Position numbers and translations under genes: made by a program
The notes under the pieces: generated by a model
Databases searched by the model: none
The model's input: the letters and a program-made list of their open reading frames with translations, nothing else
What the model was told of the DNA's origin: nothing
Shown here: positions 61,664 through 64,000 of the stretch, piece by piece
Layout of the letters: the number at the start of each line of letters is the position of its first letter
How positions within the stretch are numbered: the first letter of the stretch is position 1
Origin: an uncultured Poribacteria bacterium
Lineage (GTDB): Bacteria; Poribacteria; WGA-4E; WGA-3G
DNA length: 64,000 bases
Assembly: GCA_951813565.1 (NCBI GenBank)
Contig: OX638351.1
Location: 2,560,001 to 2,624,000, forward strand
Direction: 5' to 3'

Positions 61664-62158
61664 ATGGCACAACAATATGATACAATAGGAAAAAATATCC
61701 TGAATGAACGTATCAATGAAATTGCACAGTTTGTTCTGAACGTACCTGATGTTGAAGTGATCGCAGACCTTGATACTGAGCAATGGGTACAAAGATACAT
61801 CGACGCAACATTAGTTACAAATGTTGATCTGCCGACTAAAGCAAATTTACTTTATGGACTCTCCCTCTTTGGAGGGCTCGTGCATAACCCTGACTTGTTT
61901 GAACAAATACCGGAGGAACTTATGCAAGAATCTTCTGTTTTTCAACACCAACGCGAAAAGCTTATTACACAAGGGGCAAAAGAGACTACCCTCAAAAACC
62001 TTCTGACAGTCCTCAACGCGAAATTCGATACAGAGGAAGTACGGACCCTAGTGCCTGCACTTGAAAACATAGACGATTTACAACGTCTTGAACAGCTGCA
62101 TCTCGCTGCCGTTAAGGCGAAAAGTCTTGAAGCCTTCGCCGAAACTCTTTTTGAATAG
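61664..62158 (+). pseudogene. Rpn/DUF4351-like gene with apparent in-frame loss of the nuclease core; C-terminal ORF 61922-62158 intact
   Basis: N-terminal YD..K motif, C-terminal MQESS..LENIDDLQRLEQL; no PD-(D/E)xK segment; internal GGAGG-N5-ATG. Confidence 0.6.
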
Positions 62159-62237
62159 GAGCATAGGATAGGATCAGCCGTCAGTTCTACTTTATAGGAC
62201 ACATATCTGAAAAGCGCAGGACGTTCACAAGAAATTT

Positions 62238-62942
62238 ATGATAAAAGCAGTATTTTTTGATTTTTATTACACTTTATGTGTTTGGGGACGACCCCTTGAG
62301 GAAAGTCTGCAAATAATTGCAGAACGATACCAATTTGAAATTGACAGGGGACGTTACGCTGCAGCAGTCGAGAATCTGTTTGCGGATGCGTCAGATTCCG
62401 ATCCTACGACACACTCTCTACTTGGAACAATGCAAAAAATCGTGGACAGTTACTGCGAGTTTGTCCGAGAACTTGGTGTTCAGGCACATGCAGAACAGAT
62501 GGCATGGGAATTGTTGCAAGCTGGACACTCGCTTTTTGCAGCGAACGTAGCATCGCTCTACAACGATACTGTTCCAACACTCCAACGTTTGCGTGATGAT
62601 GGATACAAGTTAGCGATTGTCTCAAATTGGGATACACCGTTGGATCCGCTAACAGAAAGGTTAGGAATCGCCAAGTATTTTGATGTAATCACTGCCTCGC
62701 ATGATACGCGCGTTAGGTCTGCCAAACCAGACCCATACATATTCGAATACACGCTAAAAGCAGTTGAGGTGTCTGCGGAAGAAACAGTGCATGTCGGGGA
62801 TACTTATGAAGCTGACATCATCGGAGCACAAGGGGTAGGTATTCGTCCAATACTGATTGATAGGGAAGGTTCACAACAAGGCAGATGGCATGAAACGATT
62901 CGGAGTCTTGCTGAGTTGCCGGAACTGCTTGATGCTACTTAA
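62238..62942 (+). CDS. HAD-IA family hydrolase
   Basis: FFDFYYTL, VSNWD, KPDP, HVGD..AD. Confidence 0.88.
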   Translation: MIKAVFFDFYYTLCVWGRPLEESLQIIAERYQFEIDRGRYAAAVENLFADASDSDPTTHSLLGTMQKIVDSYCEFVRELGVQAHAEQMAWELLQAGHSLFAANVASLYNDTVPTLQRLRDDGYKLAIVSNWDTPLDPLTERLGIAKYFDVITASHDTRVRSAKPDPYIFEYTLKAVEVSAEETVHVGDTYEADIIGAQGVGIRPILIDREGSQQGRWHETIRSLAELPELLDAT

Positions 62943-62981
62943 ACCGCGCTCATAATGCCCATAACTTTCCTTTATATAAAT

Positions 62982-63221
62982 TTATATTAACCTATAAGCT
63001 TCCAAAAAAGTGTTTCTGGGAATTTCTGCCTGAGTACATATTCGGCGCAAAGTTGAACCTTTTATGCGACGATGATTCGGTAGTACCAATACACTTCGAC
63101 TCCCATCTGGGTTTTCACGTGCCATACAGATATGATTTCCTTCACGAATTATACGAAATTCTAATCGTTCTAACGCACGGACAACTCTGTTTTTGGGTGC
63201 ATCTACTGGAAAACGAGGCAT
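62982..63221 (-). CDS. hicA: HicA family toxin
   Basis: REGNH motif, PNH..IKGSTLRRI. Confidence 0.85.
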   Translation of the reverse strand: MPRFPVDAPKNRVVRALERLEFRIIREGNHICMARENPDGSRSVLVLPNHRRIKGSTLRRICTQAEIPRNTFLEAYRLI

Positions 63222-63439
63222 TAGATATTCACTTCGGTAACAAAAACGTCTAAGGCAGGTTCTTCAACTTCAAGTTCTTCTTTTCCAAAAGTTTCAATAT
63301 AAAACCGAATCGCAGAAGTTACGTCCGCAACACTTTCCTCATAGGTATCGCCTTGCCCTATAACAACACCCTTCAATCCCAGTGGATAGGCGACATAACC
63401 ATCAATATGTTTTTCAACAATCACTTTAAACGGTTGCAT
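63221..63439 (-). CDS. hicB: HicB family antitoxin, short form without DNA-binding domain
   Basis: GYVAYP..GQGDTYEE..AI; overlaps the hicA start; AGGAG SD. Confidence 0.85.
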   Translation of the reverse strand: MQPFKVIVEKHIDGYVAYPLGLKGVVIGQGDTYEESVADVTSAIRFYIETFGKEELEVEEPALDVFVTEVNI

Positions 63440-63465
63440 TTTTGTTCTCCTTTTTGGCAATTCAT

Positions 63466-64000
63466 CTACTCAATAAATTGCGAGCGCAATGCCCACAAAC
63501 CCTGCCCTGGTTCACTTATATAGAAAAAGCCATCGTCGTTAAACCCATCAACAAGCGTTTCTGGATTGTATTTAGCAATAACTTCGTCTAAAGGTGCCCA
63601 TTCGTAGCCAACTGATTCAATCTCTGTTTGCGTAAGATGTTCAGTCGCATAAACAACCTTGAAACGTCCCTCGGTACTGCCGTGAATCAGGTGTGCTGCT
63701 GCGGAGAGATTTTTTTGTAGCTCGGTGTTTTCTTCAACCGCTTTGAGTGTTGCAGGCGTGTCACGATACCCATATTTTCGAATGAGTCTGTCGATTTCAG
63801 CATCCTCACCGAATTCGCGTAACCCTGGTGCGATAATGATTAACTCGCCATCGTCTGCCATTGCCATCCGTGTGCGATAGATAGCCTTATTCCCAAGCCA
63901 TGTACTTTTAAACTCCCTCGGATCCAAGTAGACAACTACCTTCTCTAACGGTTCATCTAAAAATGTCATATTAACGTTTCTACTTAGCTCCGCGGCAGTC
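63466..64000 (-). CDS. Lactate racemase (LarA)-like domain protein, partial; runs off the window
   Basis: STWLGNKAIYRTRMAMADDGELIIIAPG, AHLIHGS; frame open to the window edge. Confidence 0.7.
   Translation of the reverse strand, partial: TAAELSRNVNMTFLDEPLEKVVVYLDPREFKSTWLGNKAIYRTRMAMADDGELIIIAPGLREFGEDAEIDRLIRKYGYRDTPATLKAVEENTELQKNLSAAAHLIHGSTEGRFKVVYATEHLTQTEIESVGYEWAPLDEVIAKYNPETLVDGFNDDGFFYISEPGQGLWALRSQFIE

Noticed and set aside
53240..64000. Genomic island integrated at tRNA-Asn
   Set aside because: No integrase and no duplicated tRNA 3' end were seen in the window.

Overview
Bacterial chromosomal window of roughly low-40s % GC by eye. The PhyH, Uma2, FRG/TPR, Rpn-like and REP-rich content is reminiscent of Ca. 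Poribacteria, which is an inference only. Housekeeping genes include aspS, katG, korAB, aroQ, queC, a TrmJ-type methylase, dppBC-like permeases and tRNA-Asn. Accessory loci include a TonB-dependent receptor/beta-helix lipoprotein/TonB cluster with a triple Pho-box-like site, a transglutaminase-like surface protein, an AAA-nuclease, an interrupted FRG-TPR plus membrane gene pair, three tandem Uma2 nucleases, a core-deleted Rpn-like gene with an internal RBS, and hicBA. Region 42.9-45.25 kb holds many mobile-DNA remnants: an internally deleted IS701-like element, a tnpB remnant with its right end, a truncated ABC binding-protein gene, MITE-like and REP-like repeats. The most unusual signals are (1) a ~35-nt CAAATCAAC+hairpin micro-element inserted into several unrelated REP-like palindromes, apparently nested at one site; (2) a 77-aa domain inserted in the anticodon-recognition loop of a probably non-discriminating AspRS; (3) an 81-bp-period intergenic array with six AATCATCAAC boxes; and (4) Uma2 paralogs with near-constant 3' ends. 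All calls are from visual motif recognition; no database search was run.
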